DNA from: an uncultured Candidatus Saccharibacteria bacterium
GTDB taxonomy: Bacteria > Patescibacteriota > Minisyncoccia > UBA6257
Length of the DNA: 64,000 nucleotides
Assembly: GCA_964479005.1 (NCBI GenBank)
Contig: CAYZJA010000001.1
Span: forward strand, 128,001-192,000
Reading direction: 5' to 3'
The translations under genes were made by a program, and so were the position numbers. The notes beneath the pieces are model-generated. The model was given only the letters and a program-made list of their open reading frames with translations, ran no database searches and had not been told where the DNA came from. Within the stretch, counting starts at the first letter, position 1. Each line of letters starts with the position of its first letter. Below, in pieces: positions 33,021-43,506 of the stretch.

Positions 33021-34238
33021 ATGAGGATTAATGATATTATTCTTAAGATAATTTCTGATTCAAGAGGGCAAGAAACTTTAAAGGCCACGATGAAAAGTGG
33101 TAATATTGAAGTGGATTCCAGTGTTCCTCAAGGAAAAAGTAAAGGGGAAAAAGAAGTTTATATTTTAGAACCGCATTCAGCTATTAGAAAATTTGAAATA
33201 ATTAAAAATCAGATTATAAATACTGAATTTGCTAGCTTAAAAGAATTTGATAATTATTTATTAAGGTTGGATGGAACAGAAAATAAAAGTAATCTTGGTG
33301 GAAATTTAATTTTGGTTTTATCGCAAGCATTTTGCCGTTTAGCGGCAAAAAGTGAAAGATTAGAACTTTGGCAGTATTTAGAAAAACAATTATCTATTTC
33401 TAAAGAAAAAAAAGCGCCGTATCTTTTATTTAATTTGATTAACGGAGGCAAGCATGCCATTTATGGGCCAAAAATTCAAGAATATATGATTGTTCCTCAA
33501 GTTGATAATCCAAAAGTTTCTTTAGAGGTTGCTCAAATATTCTTTGTCGGGTTAAAGGAATATTTCAAGAAAGAATATGGAGAGAATAAATTTGGCGATG
33601 AAGGGGGATTGTTAATTTTTGGGGATGATTATGAAAAACCTTTAAAAATTCTTAATCAAATCAAAGAAGAATTAAATTTAAAGAATAAAATAGAATTTTC
33701 ATTAGATATTGCAGCGTCCTCTTTTTATAACAAAGAGAAGGAGGTGTATTTATTGGAAAAAGATAAAAGTTTTTCAAAAGAAGAATTAGGGCAAATATAT
33801 AAAAAACTTATTTCCGAATACGGTATTCTTTCTTTAGAAGATCCTTTTGAAGAGAATGATTGGGAAAGTTTTCAGAAATTAACTTCTGAAATAGGGGATA
33901 AAACTATAATAATAGGAGACGATTTAACAGTAACTAATCCAGAGTTAGTTAAGAAGGCTGTGGAAATGAAAACAATTACTGGAGTGATTATAAAGCTTAC
34001 ACAAATAGGAACTGTTTCTGAAACTTTAAAAACAATTGATTTGGCTAATAAACATGATTTAAGGATTGTTATAAGCCATCGGAGCGCAGAAACTAATGAT
34101 GATTTTATTGCGGATTTGGCATTGGCAAGCAGGGCATGGGGGCTGAAGGCTGGAGCTCCCAATCAAGAGGAAAGAATGGTAAAATACAATAGAATGATAA
34201 AAATTCATGAAGAAAATAATATTTTTAGAGGCAACTGA
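33021..34238 (+). CDS. eno: enolase (divergent)
   Basis: 'DSRGQETLKATMKSGNIEVDSSVPQGKSKGEKE' and C-terminal 'IIGDDLTVTNPELVKKAVEMKTITGVIIKLTQIGTVSETL…ISHRSAETNDDFIADLALA' are collinear with enolase. Confidence 0.75.
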   Translation: MRINDIILKIISDSRGQETLKATMKSGNIEVDSSVPQGKSKGEKEVYILEPHSAIRKFEIIKNQIINTEFASLKEFDNYLLRLDGTENKSNLGGNLILVLSQAFCRLAAKSERLELWQYLEKQLSISKEKKAPYLLFNLINGGKHAIYGPKIQEYMIVPQVDNPKVSLEVAQIFFVGLKEYFKKEYGENKFGDEGGLLIFGDDYEKPLKILNQIKEELNLKNKIEFSLDIAASSFYNKEKEVYLLEKDKSFSKEELGQIYKKLISEYGILSLEDPFEENDWESFQKLTSEIGDKTIIIGDDLTVTNPELVKKAVEMKTITGVIIKLTQIGTVSETLKTIDLANKHDLRIVISHRSAETNDDFIADLALASRAWGLKAGAPNQEERMVKYNRMIKIHEENNIFRGN

Positions 34239-35220
34239 TTGGGAAAAAGAAACCCTTCAAAAGTATCCTGATTTTTTGGAGAGAGTGGATTTTTCTTCGG
34301 AAAAACTTACTTTGGAAAATGCCAAAGAATTTAAGGATTATGAAGTTGTTTCTATTTTTATTAGTTCTCAGTTGTCAGCAGAGGCGTTGGGGCAACTGGA
34401 AAATTTAAAATTTATTGCCACTCGTTCTACTGGTTTTGATCATATTGATTTAGATTATTGTAAGAAAAAAGAAATTTTAGTAGCTAATGTTCCTGCTTAT
34501 GGAAGCCATACTGTGGCTGAATATACTTTTGCTTTACTTTTATGTTTAATAAGAAAAGTTTATAATGCTTATCATCGTGTTAGAGAAACAGGGAGTTTTT
34601 CTCTTGAGAGCTTGCGAGGTGAAGAATTGTTTGAAAAAACTATAGGAATAATAGGAACAGGACGAATTGGCACTGAGGTGATAAAAATAGCAAAAGGATT
34701 TTCAATGAATATAATCGCTTGTGATAAATATCCAAAAGAAGGATTGACTGAGCAATTAGGTTTTAAATACGTTTCTTTTGAAGAATTATTGTCCCAATCA
34801 GATATAATCACTTTGCATGTTCCTTATAATAAAGAGACACATCATTTATTAAATAAAGATAGTTTATCAAAAACAAAGAAAGGGGTTTATATTATTAATA
34901 CTGCTCGCGGCGGGATAATAGAAACGCAAGCACTTTATCAGGCATTAAAGAAAGGTCAGATAGGAGGCGCGGCATTAGATGTTTTGGAAGAAGAAGGCGA
35001 TTTAAAAGAAGAACAAAGAATGCTTTTAGAAAAAGAAAATATTCCTCCAGAAAAATTAAAAACACTTTTAGCTAATCATATTTTTATTGATTTGGATAAT
35101 GTGATTATTTCTCCCCATAATGCTTTTAATACAAAAGAAGCGCTTCAGAATATCGTTGTTACAACTGTTGAGAATATTGAGAGTTATTTAAACAAAAAAC
35201 CAATAAATCTTGTAAACTAA
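34207..35220 (+). CDS. D-isomer-specific 2-hydroxyacid dehydrogenase family protein
   Basis: NAD-binding Rossmann 'IGIIGTGRIGTEVIKIAKGF', and 'ARGGIIETQALYQALKKGQIGGAALDV' followed by 'SPHNAF' with the catalytic His region. Confidence 0.8.
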   Translation: MKKIIFLEATDWEKETLQKYPDFLERVDFSSEKLTLENAKEFKDYEVVSIFISSQLSAEALGQLENLKFIATRSTGFDHIDLDYCKKKEILVANVPAYGSHTVAEYTFALLLCLIRKVYNAYHRVRETGSFSLESLRGEELFEKTIGIIGTGRIGTEVIKIAKGFSMNIIACDKYPKEGLTEQLGFKYVSFEELLSQSDIITLHVPYNKETHHLLNKDSLSKTKKGVYIINTARGGIIETQALYQALKKGQIGGAALDVLEEEGDLKEEQRMLLEKENIPPEKLKTLLANHIFIDLDNVIISPHNAFNTKEALQNIVVTTVENIESYLNKKPINLVN

Positions 35221-35224
35221 AATT

Positions 35225-35584
35225 ATGTTAAAAGAAGATTGTCTTTTTTGTAAAATTATTAAAGGAGAAATCCCTTCAAAGAAATATTACGAAGATAATA
35301 ATTTTTTGGCTATTTTTGACATTAATCCTATTAGTGAAGGGCATCTTGTAGTATTTTCTAAAAATCATTATTCTAATATTGAAGAAATGCCTGAACAAGA
35401 ATGGCAAAAAATCTGCGTTTTAGCCCGTAATTTAGCAGAAAAACATATAAAAGAAATAAAGGCTGATGGATATAATTTTTTAACTAATCAAGGTGAAGCA
35501 GCTCAATCAGGCATTGCTCACCGTCCTCATATTCATATTATTCCCCGTCGTTTTAATGATGGATTAAAAATTGACCCAAGGTAG
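35225..35584 (+). CDS. HIT-family hydrolase
   Basis: 'CLFCKIIKGEIPS' and the histidine triad 'HRPHIHIIPR'. Confidence 0.85.
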   Translation: MLKEDCLFCKIIKGEIPSKKYYEDNNFLAIFDINPISEGHLVVFSKNHYSNIEEMPEQEWQKICVLARNLAEKHIKEIKADGYNFLTNQGEAAQSGIAHRPHIHIIPRRFNDGLKIDPR

Positions 35585-35705
35585 TTTTTAACAAAGGTTT
35601 GGAATATTATCTCAAAAACACGCTAATCGCTATCGTTTTTTTTCAACAACATTCCGAACCTTTTATGGCTTCAGTTTAAAAATCAAAGCATTAAATTGTT
35701 ATTAA

Positions 35706-36527
35706 ATGAAGAATAAAATTGTAATTTTAGATTTTGATGGCACTTTAACTCTGGCAGATGAAGAAGCAAAACCGTTTTTGATTAATTTTAAAAAGGATAT
35801 TGCTAATCTACTAAATAAGAAAGATATAGATAAAGAATGGAAAAAGGCAGAAAGAGAAATTTTGCAAAATCCTAGTGGATATGGCTGGAAATATAAAGGA
35901 AAAATAGTTGCTCCTCCAAATGCAGATGATTATGTATTAGCGACAGTTATAGCCAAATTTCTTTTAGATAAAGCGGGGGTTTTAATGGATATGAATGAAA
36001 GAGATAACATTCTTCAGCAGATCTATCAGCAAAATTATTCGAAAAGCGATATTGCTTTTAAAAAACAGGCAAAAGAAGTTTTAGAAGAATTAATTAAAAG
36101 AATGCCTGTTTTTATCGTGACCAATTCCAATTCAGAAGCTGTTGCTAATAAAATAGAAAAATTAAATCCTCGTGGTAAAGAAAAAATTGCACTTTTTGGT
36201 GATGCCAAAAAATATGTTATTGATTTTAAATTTGATGCTGTTCCTGAAAATATGACAATAAATGGCTTGAATAGAGTCATTTTTCTAAGGAGAAAAAAAT
36301 ATTTTGATGTTTTAAATAAAATTTGGAAAGCAACTATTACAAAACCTGAACAAACCTTGATAATAGGTGATATTTTTGAACTGGATTTAGCTTTACCTGC
36401 CATACTTGGTTGTAATATTTTCTTAATTGCTAATTCTAATACGCCATCCTGTGAAAAAGAGGCCGTGAGTCATTTATTTAAGGGTTATGTGAGTGAAGAT
36501 ATCAAAGATATATTAAAGGTAATTTAA
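35706..36527 (+). CDS. HAD-superfamily hydrolase
   Basis: Motif I 'VILDFDGTLT' and 'IIGDIFELDLA'-type motif IV. Confidence 0.6.
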   Translation: MKNKIVILDFDGTLTLADEEAKPFLINFKKDIANLLNKKDIDKEWKKAEREILQNPSGYGWKYKGKIVAPPNADDYVLATVIAKFLLDKAGVLMDMNERDNILQQIYQQNYSKSDIAFKKQAKEVLEELIKRMPVFIVTNSNSEAVANKIEKLNPRGKEKIALFGDAKKYVIDFKFDAVPENMTINGLNRVIFLRRKKYFDVLNKIWKATITKPEQTLIIGDIFELDLALPAILGCNIFLIANSNTPSCEKEAVSHLFKGYVSEDIKDILKVI

Positions 36528-36546
36528 AATTAAAAATTATTATTGT

Positions 36547-38319
36547 ATGTGTGGAATTATTGCTTATAAAGGAAAAGAAGACGCTACTTCAATTGTTATA
36601 AATGGTTTAAAGCATCTTGAGTATAGGGGGTATGATTCTTGGGGTATAGTCTATTTAAATAATCAAAAAGCTCATTTATTAAAAAAAGTTGGAAAGATTG
36701 GTGAGTTTCAAGGACTAAATAATCTTTCAAGTTCTTCTATAGCCATTGGCCAAAACCGCTGGGCAACTCATGGTAAAGTTTCAGTAGCTAATGCTCATCC
36801 TCATTTTTCCTGCGATAAAAATATTTTTGTTGTTCATAATGGGATTGTTGAAAACTATGAAGTATTGAAAGAAAAATTAATTAAAAAAGGACATCATTTT
36901 GTTTCCCAAACTGATACAGAAGTTATTCCTCATTTAATTGAAGAATACAGAAAAAAGAATAGTTTTGTTGCTTCTTGTGAAAAAACTTTTCGTCAATTGA
37001 AAGGTTTATTTGCTATTGTTGTTTTAGATAAAAAAACAGGAGAAATTATTGGAACTAGAAAAGGTTCTCCTTTGGTAATGGGAATTAGCGACAAAGGACT
37101 TTTTTTGGCTTCAGATGTACCAGCTTTTTTAAATAAAACAAACAAGGTTATATTTTTAGATGACGGGGATATGGTGCATATTATTGATGATAAAACATAT
37201 CAAATTAAAAATTTATCTTCAAAAAAGATACTGAAAAAGAAAATAGATACGATTAAATGGACTCAAGAAGAAGCGGAAAAAGGAAAACATCCGCATTTTA
37301 TGATAAAGGAAATAAAAGAAATACCAGAAGCTATTGAAAAAGCTGTTTGTCAGGATAATAAGAAATTACGATTAATAGCAGGTTTAATAAACAAGAGTCC
37401 TAATTTGTTTTTTGTAGCTTGCGGTACTGCAGGACATGCTTGTTTAGCCGGTCAATATTTATTTTCTTCAGTAGGAAAGCCAACTGGTTTTAGCGCTGCG
37501 AGTGAATTTAAAAATTTTCTACCGACATTAGATAAAAAAACTTTGTTAATCGCTGTTTCACAGAGTGGGGAAACCATTGATGTGATAGAAGCTGTAAAAA
37601 AAGCTAAAGAAAAAGGTATAAAGGTGGTATCTTTGGTAAATGTGATGGGATCTACTTTAACAAGGATAAGTGATTATGTTTTGATGATTAATGCTGGTCC
37701 GGAAAAATGCGTTTTGGCGACAAAAAGTTATTTATCTCAATTAAGTTTGATCATTTTACTTTTTTATTCTATCTTTGGCCAATATAAAAAAGGAGAAAAA
37801 GATTTAAAAAAGATAAGCCGAGAAATAAATCAGCTAATAGAGAATAAATTATTTATTTCTAAAATTAAAAAATTAGCTAAAAAATTATCTTTAGTTAAGC
37901 ATATTTATGTAATTGGGAGAAGTTATAATTACCCAACTACATTAGAAACCGCTTTAAAAATTAAAGAAGGTTGTTATATTCATACTGAGGCTTTTGCAGG
38001 CGGAGAATTAAAGCATGGAGTAATTGCTTTAATACAAAAAGGAACACCTTGCATAATTCATTTGTCAAAAGGCGATGAAGAAGAAAATACTTTAATAAAC
38101 GCGATGGAATTAAAAAGCCGGGGAGCTTATATTATAGGCATAGGGCCTGAACAGAAAAAAGATTTTGATTTTTTTGTTGAAGTTTCAGAAGTTGAAGAAA
38201 TCTTTTCTTTATTGGTAAATATCGTTCCAATTATGCTTTTGAGTTATTATATTGCCTTGGAAAAAGATATAGATCCAGATAAACCGCGTAATTTAGCAAA
38301 AAGTGTTACAGTCAAATAA
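36547..38319 (+). CDS. glmS: glutamine--fructose-6-phosphate aminotransferase
   Basis: Ntn 'MCGIIAYKG', two SIS domains, and the C-terminal 'DKPRNLAKSVTVK'. Confidence 0.9.
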   Translation: MCGIIAYKGKEDATSIVINGLKHLEYRGYDSWGIVYLNNQKAHLLKKVGKIGEFQGLNNLSSSSIAIGQNRWATHGKVSVANAHPHFSCDKNIFVVHNGIVENYEVLKEKLIKKGHHFVSQTDTEVIPHLIEEYRKKNSFVASCEKTFRQLKGLFAIVVLDKKTGEIIGTRKGSPLVMGISDKGLFLASDVPAFLNKTNKVIFLDDGDMVHIIDDKTYQIKNLSSKKILKKKIDTIKWTQEEAEKGKHPHFMIKEIKEIPEAIEKAVCQDNKKLRLIAGLINKSPNLFFVACGTAGHACLAGQYLFSSVGKPTGFSAASEFKNFLPTLDKKTLLIAVSQSGETIDVIEAVKKAKEKGIKVVSLVNVMGSTLTRISDYVLMINAGPEKCVLATKSYLSQLSLIILLFYSIFGQYKKGEKDLKKISREINQLIENKLFISKIKKLAKKLSLVKHIYVIGRSYNYPTTLETALKIKEGCYIHTEAFAGGELKHGVIALIQKGTPCIIHLSKGDEEENTLINAMELKSRGAYIIGIGPEQKKDFDFFVEVSEVEEIFSLLVNIVPIMLLSYYIALEKDIDPDKPRNLAKSVTVK

Positions 38320-38333
38320 ATTGCTAAATTGTT

Positions 38334-38897
38334 TCATTGCTGAACTCTTGCCACATAGCTTATTGTTTCCGTATTAATAATTAATATATCCCCTTCTTTT
38401 ATAAAGATTGGGGTGTTAATTTTTAATCCAGTTTCTAAAACAACTGTTTTAATGGCGCCTGAAACAGTATTTCCTTTTATTGCCGGTGGTGCTTCAATAA
38501 CTTTTAATTCAACTTTTGTTGGTATATTAATATTAATTGGTTTTTCATCAAGAAAGATAATTGAAATTTCACTCTCTTTTTTTAAAAATTGAATAGATTC
38601 TTTTACTTTTTCCAATGGAAAGCTGATTCGCTCTTTGCTATCTTTTAGTTGGAAAACAGCTGATTTTCTATCACTATATAGGTAAAAGGCGGATTGATAT
38701 TGAACTTCAATCTTTTTAAATTTATCCCCAGAGCGAAATGTTTTTTCTAAAACTTTTCCCGTTTGGAAATTTTTTAACTCAGTTCTCATTACGGCTCCTC
38801 CTTTTCCAGGTTTATAAAATTGAAAATCGACGATTTGCCAAGGCTCGCCATTAACATTAATAACCATTCCTTTTTCAAAATCTGAAGTAGATATCAT
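38334..38897 (-). CDS. efp: elongation factor P
   Basis: 'KPGKGGAVMRTELKNFQTGKVLEKTF' and three OB/KOW-like domains. Confidence 0.9.
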   Translation of the reverse strand: MISTSDFEKGMVINVNGEPWQIVDFQFYKPGKGGAVMRTELKNFQTGKVLEKTFRSGDKFKKIEVQYQSAFYLYSDRKSAVFQLKDSKERISFPLEKVKESIQFLKKESEISIIFLDEKPININIPTKVELKVIEAPPAIKGNTVSGAIKTVVLETGLKINTPIFIKEGDILIINTETISYVARVQQ

Positions 38898-38938
38898 ATT
38901 ATTGATTTCTGATTAAACTGATGTTATGATATTCTTTA

Positions 38939-39418
38939 ATGGATATTTCGTCAAGCATTTTTCTTTTAAGTTTGAAGGGGTTAATCTTAGCTGCCGCTCT
39001 TGGCGCTTTAATTGGTCTTGAGAGAGAATGGGCTCAAAGAGCAGCAGGATTAAGAACATTTTCTTTAATTAGCTTGGGAGCTGCTTTATTTGTAATGATT
39101 TCCCGTTTGAGTTTTAGTCAGTATTTAGGAATATCAAGTTTAGATCCTTCACGAACTTTAGGACAGATTATTGTTGGAATAGGATTTTTAGGAGCTGGAA
39201 TTATTATTTTTAGGCAAAGAGAGGGTAAAGTTGAGGGGTTAACTACAGCAGCAATGATGTGGGTAACAGCTGCTGTAGGAGCAGCAGTAGGATTAGAATT
39301 ATATTGGTTAGCGATATCTGTTACCGTATTGATTGTTTTGATTAATTTTGTTGTTTTACCACTTGAAAAACGATTAGAAAAAAAGATTGAGAAAATAAAA
39401 AACGGAAAAGAAGAATAG
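38939..39418 (+). CDS. MgtC/SapB-family membrane protein
   Basis: 'LGLEREWAQRAAGLRTFSLISLGAALF'. Four TM helices. Confidence 0.75.
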   Translation: MDISSSIFLLSLKGLILAAALGALIGLEREWAQRAAGLRTFSLISLGAALFVMISRLSFSQYLGISSLDPSRTLGQIIVGIGFLGAGIIIFRQREGKVEGLTTAAMMWVTAAVGAAVGLELYWLAISVTVLIVLINFVVLPLEKRLEKKIEKIKNGKEE

Positions 39419-39460
39419 TTATTGCCCCCACGTTAAACGTGGGACAGGTACGTTAAACGT

Positions 39461-39531
39461 GCCCCCATAGCTTAACGGAAAAGCAGTTGCCTTTTAAGCA
39501 ATTGATGGAAGTTCGATTCTTCCTGGGGGCA
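39461..39531 (+). tRNA. tRNA-Lys (anticodon UUU)
   Basis: Acceptor GCCCCCA/TGGGGGC; D-arm GCTT-AACGGAA-AAGC; anticodon stem GTTGC/GCAAT with loop CTTTTAA; T-arm GGAAG-TTCGATT-CTTCC. Confidence 0.75.
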
Positions 39532-39620
39532 CTATTAAATCGTCAATTAATTGATGATTTTTTTATTTTAAAAATAAATTGTGGTATAATTATTTAATAA
39601 TATTAAAATGTTATAAAAAG

Positions 39621-42600
39621 ATGAGTTTTAATAGATCTATAAAAATTTCTGTTGTATTTTTAGTTATTTTCGCTTGGGTATTAAATAGCTTTCCTTTGAA
39701 AGCGGCTGACGGTTCTGGTACAAATGTTGTTGATCCGATTACTGCTACGGCCAGCGCTACAGATAAAACTTTTGATTTTACTTTTACTGCGGCAGAAACA
39801 ATGGATTCTGGCGAGATTTCAATAGCAGTGCCTAGTGGCTGGTCTGCTCCACAAGATATATCAACAACAGTTGGTTATACAACAGCTGCTTCTACTGGTA
39901 TGACAGCTGATGTTTTAACCGCTTTAGATACTCATACTGGTTGGAGCACAGGCAGTAATATAGCCATTTCTGCTGATGGCGCTGATTATCAGGAGGGTTC
40001 ATATTCTATTTCAGCTGATATTGCTGTAGGAGCTCAGGCTGGTGAAAAGTGGTATTTTAACGAACCTGGAGCAAAAGATTTTGGCAGCGCCACAAAGATG
40101 ATTTTTTGGATTAAATCAAGTGTTAATACTAATGCTGGTGATTTGCAATTTGAGGTTGATGATTCTGCTGATTTAGCTTCGCCAGAAGAGACGGTTAATA
40201 TTCCAGCTTTAACAGTTGATACCTGGACTGAAGTAACAATTAGTTTAGGAGCAGCTCGCAGTTCAGTGCTTTCTTATGGAATCAAATACACTGTTGATAT
40301 TGGAGCAGCTACTGTGAAAATTGATGATATAAGGGCAATGTTTGATGATGCTGATGCTACTACTAGTTGGACTCAATCTGGTAGTGGAAAGATTACTATT
40401 AGCTCAGATGCAGCAATAAAAAAACAGGGTACAGCTTCAATCAAAGCTGCCTTTCTCCCTCAGGCTAAACCCTTGGATAAATATTTTTGGTCAAGCGCTA
40501 CACCGAGAAGTTTTGGTTCTTACGCTAGAGTTTCTTTTTGGATTTATTCGAGTAAGGCAACAGAAGCTGATGATTTGAAATGGGAGAATGATAATAGTAC
40601 AGGTCTAGCCTCGCCCGAAGATACTATTGGTCTTCCAGCCCTAGCTGCTACTACCTGGACCTATCTCCAGGTTACTCTTGGGGCAACCAGGACTTCGGTT
40701 CTCTCCCACGGTATTCACCAAGTAATTGACTTAGGAGCTCATAATGAATATGTTGACGCTATGGCTGTGCAGGTTAATGCAGCTGAATCAACTACTAATT
40801 GGACAAAGACCTCTCCAATGGTTTTAAGCACTGATACAACTGTTTATCATGAAAATGCTGCGTCTTTGAAAAATATTGTAGCAGTTACTGCTGGAACTGG
40901 AGATGAATGGTGGTATAATTTAGGAGCTGCAGATGATTGGTCAAGTTATACTAATGTTGGTTTTTGGATTCGTTCAACAGTTAATACTTCTGGTGGAAAT
41001 TTACAATTTGAATATGATGATAATACTGATTTAGCTTCTCCAATTGCTTCTCTTGATATTGGCGCTTTAACTGCTAATACCTGGTCTTATCAAAATTTAA
41101 CTTTAACTGATACTCGAACAACTATTAATAGTTATGGTTTTAAATATACTACTGATGTAGGAGCAGTTATTATTAATGCTGATGATATTCTTTTGGGTCC
41201 TGGAGAACCAAGTTTTTCTGGAAGCGGACCGTGGGATATTAATGTAAGAATTTTAGCTTTAGCTAATACAGAAACAATTACTGTGACTTATGGTGATAAT
41301 GCAGGTTCTGGAGGTGGAGTAACTGTTACTTCTGCAACTGGTGACGCTACTTTTACAACCAAATCCAGAATTTCTGATTCAGGAACTCTTACTAATATTG
41401 CCTCTTCTCCAGTTGTAACAGTCGGCACAGCACTGGTTGTTGATAATGTTCAGTTAAATGGTCAGGCTGCAATTGATTTAATTGAAAACACAACTAAATC
41501 TGTATCAGCTACAGCTAATATTTCTCATCCTACAGATTGTAATCTTATTACCAATGTAACATCTAAAATTTATCGTTCAGGTGTCACTAATAATAAAGAT
41601 TGCACATCTGATAATAATGATTGTTATAGTGTTGCTTCTTGCAGTAAAACTTCTTGCGTTGAAACAGAGGCTGTTTATACTTGTACGATTAATATGCAGT
41701 TTCACGCTGATCCGACTGATGAAGATGCAGAATATTGGAGAGCTTGGATTGAAGCAACTGATGGATCTTTGACAAATTCTAATTATAGTCCAGTTGACGC
41801 GCCTGATGTTAATACTTTACGGGCTCTGAATACTACTGCGACAATTAACTATGGAACATTAGATCCCGGACAAAATAGTACCTCGACAAATCAACAAATC
41901 ACAGTGACAAATACTGGCAATGATGCTATTGATATTAGACTTTATGGTATTGATATGACTTGGAACGGAAATACTATTGACACAGCTAATCAAGAATACA
42001 GTTTATCTCCATTTACTTATGGTTCTGGAAATTATCTTAAGGAAGCACCAAGCTATGATGATGTGGATGCTAATTTGCCAAAACCTACAGAATCGCCATC
42101 AAATTCGTCAGATATTTTTTATTGGGGACTAGGTATTCCTTCACCAATGCCTTCAGGTGGACCTTATCAGGGAACAAATACATTTGAAGCGATAAATGAT
42201 CAGGGGGTACTTGGTTGGTATAATCCATCTTGGGGATATAGAGTAAAAGTTACGGTTTTAGCATCAGAAGTTGACGCTGATTTAACTGATTATCCCGTAT
42301 ATGTAGATTTATCTAATTTACCAGCAGGATTTCATACTAATGTTAACCAGACAGATGCAAGGGATATTCGTGTTACGAAATATAATGGTACATTAGAAGT
42401 TCCAAGGGAAGTTGTTTTTTATGATTCAGCAACTGATACTGGGGAGTTACATTTTAAAGGAAATGTAGATGATGGTACAAATACTGATTTCTATATTTAT
42501 TATGGAAATGGTGGGGCAAGTGATTATGCGGTAGATGCAGAATTTGGGGCAGAAAATGTTTGGAATGCGAATGCCAAAATGGTTCAGCATATGAAAGATG

Positions 42601-43244
42601 ACCCTGACACTTCTCATATTAAAGACAGTACTGTGAATGCTAATAATGGCACAAAAAAAGCAGCAAATGAACCGGTAGAAGCAGACGCTAAAATAGCCAA
42701 AGGGCAAAGTTTTGACGGAGCGGATGATTATGTGGATGCTCCTATTCCCAACCTAATTGATTACACTTATGAAGCGTGGTTTTATACTCGAAGTTTTGTT
42801 AATGGTAATGCTAATGATGGTACGGGCACTTATTTTATAGATAGACAAATTGGAGGTAACTCATTGGTTTCTCTAAAGGCTATTAGTGGAAATTTCGCAC
42901 ATCAGTATAGAGATAATGCTGGTGCAGGTCTTGGAGCAGTTCAAGGTGGCGCAATTCAGCTAGATACTTGGCAGCATGTTGTTTGGGGAAGGGAGGAAGG
43001 AATAGGGTTTTTCATTTATGTTGATACTATCAAAAATAGCGTTGCTGATACTCTTGGTGCTTTGACTCCCGACTCACCAAGAATTGGAGCACATCAAGGT
43101 TTAGTAATTTTTTTAAACGGTCTCATCGATGAAATTCGTATATCCAATATTGCACGTTCTTCAACCTGGATTTCTACAGAATACAATAATCAGTCATCAC
43201 CTAGTTCTTTTTACACAGTGGGAAACCAAGAAGAGAGTTACTAA
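39621..43244 (+). CDS. giant secreted protein: 4 tandem ~135-aa repeats + DUF2341-like + LamG/ConA-like lectin domain
   Basis: Signal peptide 'MSFNRSIKISVVFLVIFAWVLNSFPLKAA' from the ATG at 39621. Repeats read '…TGW(S/T)…W(Y/F)…(K/S)…FWI(K/R)SSVNT…G(D/N)LQFE(V/Y)DD…DLASP…'. 'YRVKVTV…YVDLSNLP' is DUF2341-like. The C-terminal 'FDGADDYVDAP…WQHVVW…' is LamG-like. Confidence 0.6.
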   Translation: MSFNRSIKISVVFLVIFAWVLNSFPLKAADGSGTNVVDPITATASATDKTFDFTFTAAETMDSGEISIAVPSGWSAPQDISTTVGYTTAASTGMTADVLTALDTHTGWSTGSNIAISADGADYQEGSYSISADIAVGAQAGEKWYFNEPGAKDFGSATKMIFWIKSSVNTNAGDLQFEVDDSADLASPEETVNIPALTVDTWTEVTISLGAARSSVLSYGIKYTVDIGAATVKIDDIRAMFDDADATTSWTQSGSGKITISSDAAIKKQGTASIKAAFLPQAKPLDKYFWSSATPRSFGSYARVSFWIYSSKATEADDLKWENDNSTGLASPEDTIGLPALAATTWTYLQVTLGATRTSVLSHGIHQVIDLGAHNEYVDAMAVQVNAAESTTNWTKTSPMVLSTDTTVYHENAASLKNIVAVTAGTGDEWWYNLGAADDWSSYTNVGFWIRSTVNTSGGNLQFEYDDNTDLASPIASLDIGALTANTWSYQNLTLTDTRTTINSYGFKYTTDVGAVIINADDILLGPGEPSFSGSGPWDINVRILALANTETITVTYGDNAGSGGGVTVTSATGDATFTTKSRISDSGTLTNIASSPVVTVGTALVVDNVQLNGQAAIDLIENTTKSVSATANISHPTDCNLITNVTSKIYRSGVTNNKDCTSDNNDCYSVASCSKTSCVETEAVYTCTINMQFHADPTDEDAEYWRAWIEATDGSLTNSNYSPVDAPDVNTLRALNTTATINYGTLDPGQNSTSTNQQITVTNTGNDAIDIRLYGIDMTWNGNTIDTANQEYSLSPFTYGSGNYLKEAPSYDDVDANLPKPTESPSNSSDIFYWGLGIPSPMPSGGPYQGTNTFEAINDQGVLGWYNPSWGYRVKVTVLASEVDADLTDYPVYVDLSNLPAGFHTNVNQTDARDIRVTKYNGTLEVPREVVFYDSATDTGELHFKGNVDDGTNTDFYIYYGNGGASDYAVDAEFGAENVWNANAKMVQHMKDDPDTSHIKDSTVNANNGTKKAANEPVEADAKIAKGQSFDGADDYVDAPIPNLIDYTYEAWFYTRSFVNGNANDGTGTYFIDRQIGGNSLVSLKAISGNFAHQYRDNAGAGLGAVQGGAIQLDTWQHVVWGREEGIGFFIYVDTIKNSVADTLGALTPDSPRIGAHQGLVIFLNGLIDEIRISNIARSSTWISTEYNNQSSPSSFYTVGNQEESY

Positions 43245-43337
43245 AGTGAAAGTGCTTGTCCATAAATATTGACATTGTTTTCTAAATAAATTATATGTTA
43301 TAATAAATAAACAAAACTATGACTAATTCCATATCTT

Positions 43338-43391
<54 letters not shown>

Positions 43392-43396
43392 ATCGC

Positions 43397-43427
43397 GGTT
43401 TTTCAGAAAAACCCTTTTTTTGTTGGT
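43397..43427 (+). terminator. intrinsic terminator
   Basis: cGGTTTTTCaGAAAAACCctttttttg. Confidence 0.6.
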
Positions 43428-43506
43428 TCAGTCTATAATACTTAACTTAGGCTGGACTTTTTTATTTGTTAATAAAAATTAAATTTTAAAAATAAAATTA
43501 AAAAAT

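Noticed and set aside
39579-39620. Upstream extension of the giant protein ORF (MWYNYLIILKCYKK…)
   Set aside because: The signal peptide begins at the Met encoded at 39621. The extension would place 14 non-signal residues ahead of it, and it overlaps a T/A-rich promoter-like region.
41581-41772. Small ORFs nested in or antisense to the giant surface-protein genes (e.g. 41581-41772, 42447-42707, 43690-43905, 44019-44225, 44546-44749)
   Set aside because: They are alternate-frame or antisense artefacts inside long, compositionally consistent CDSs.
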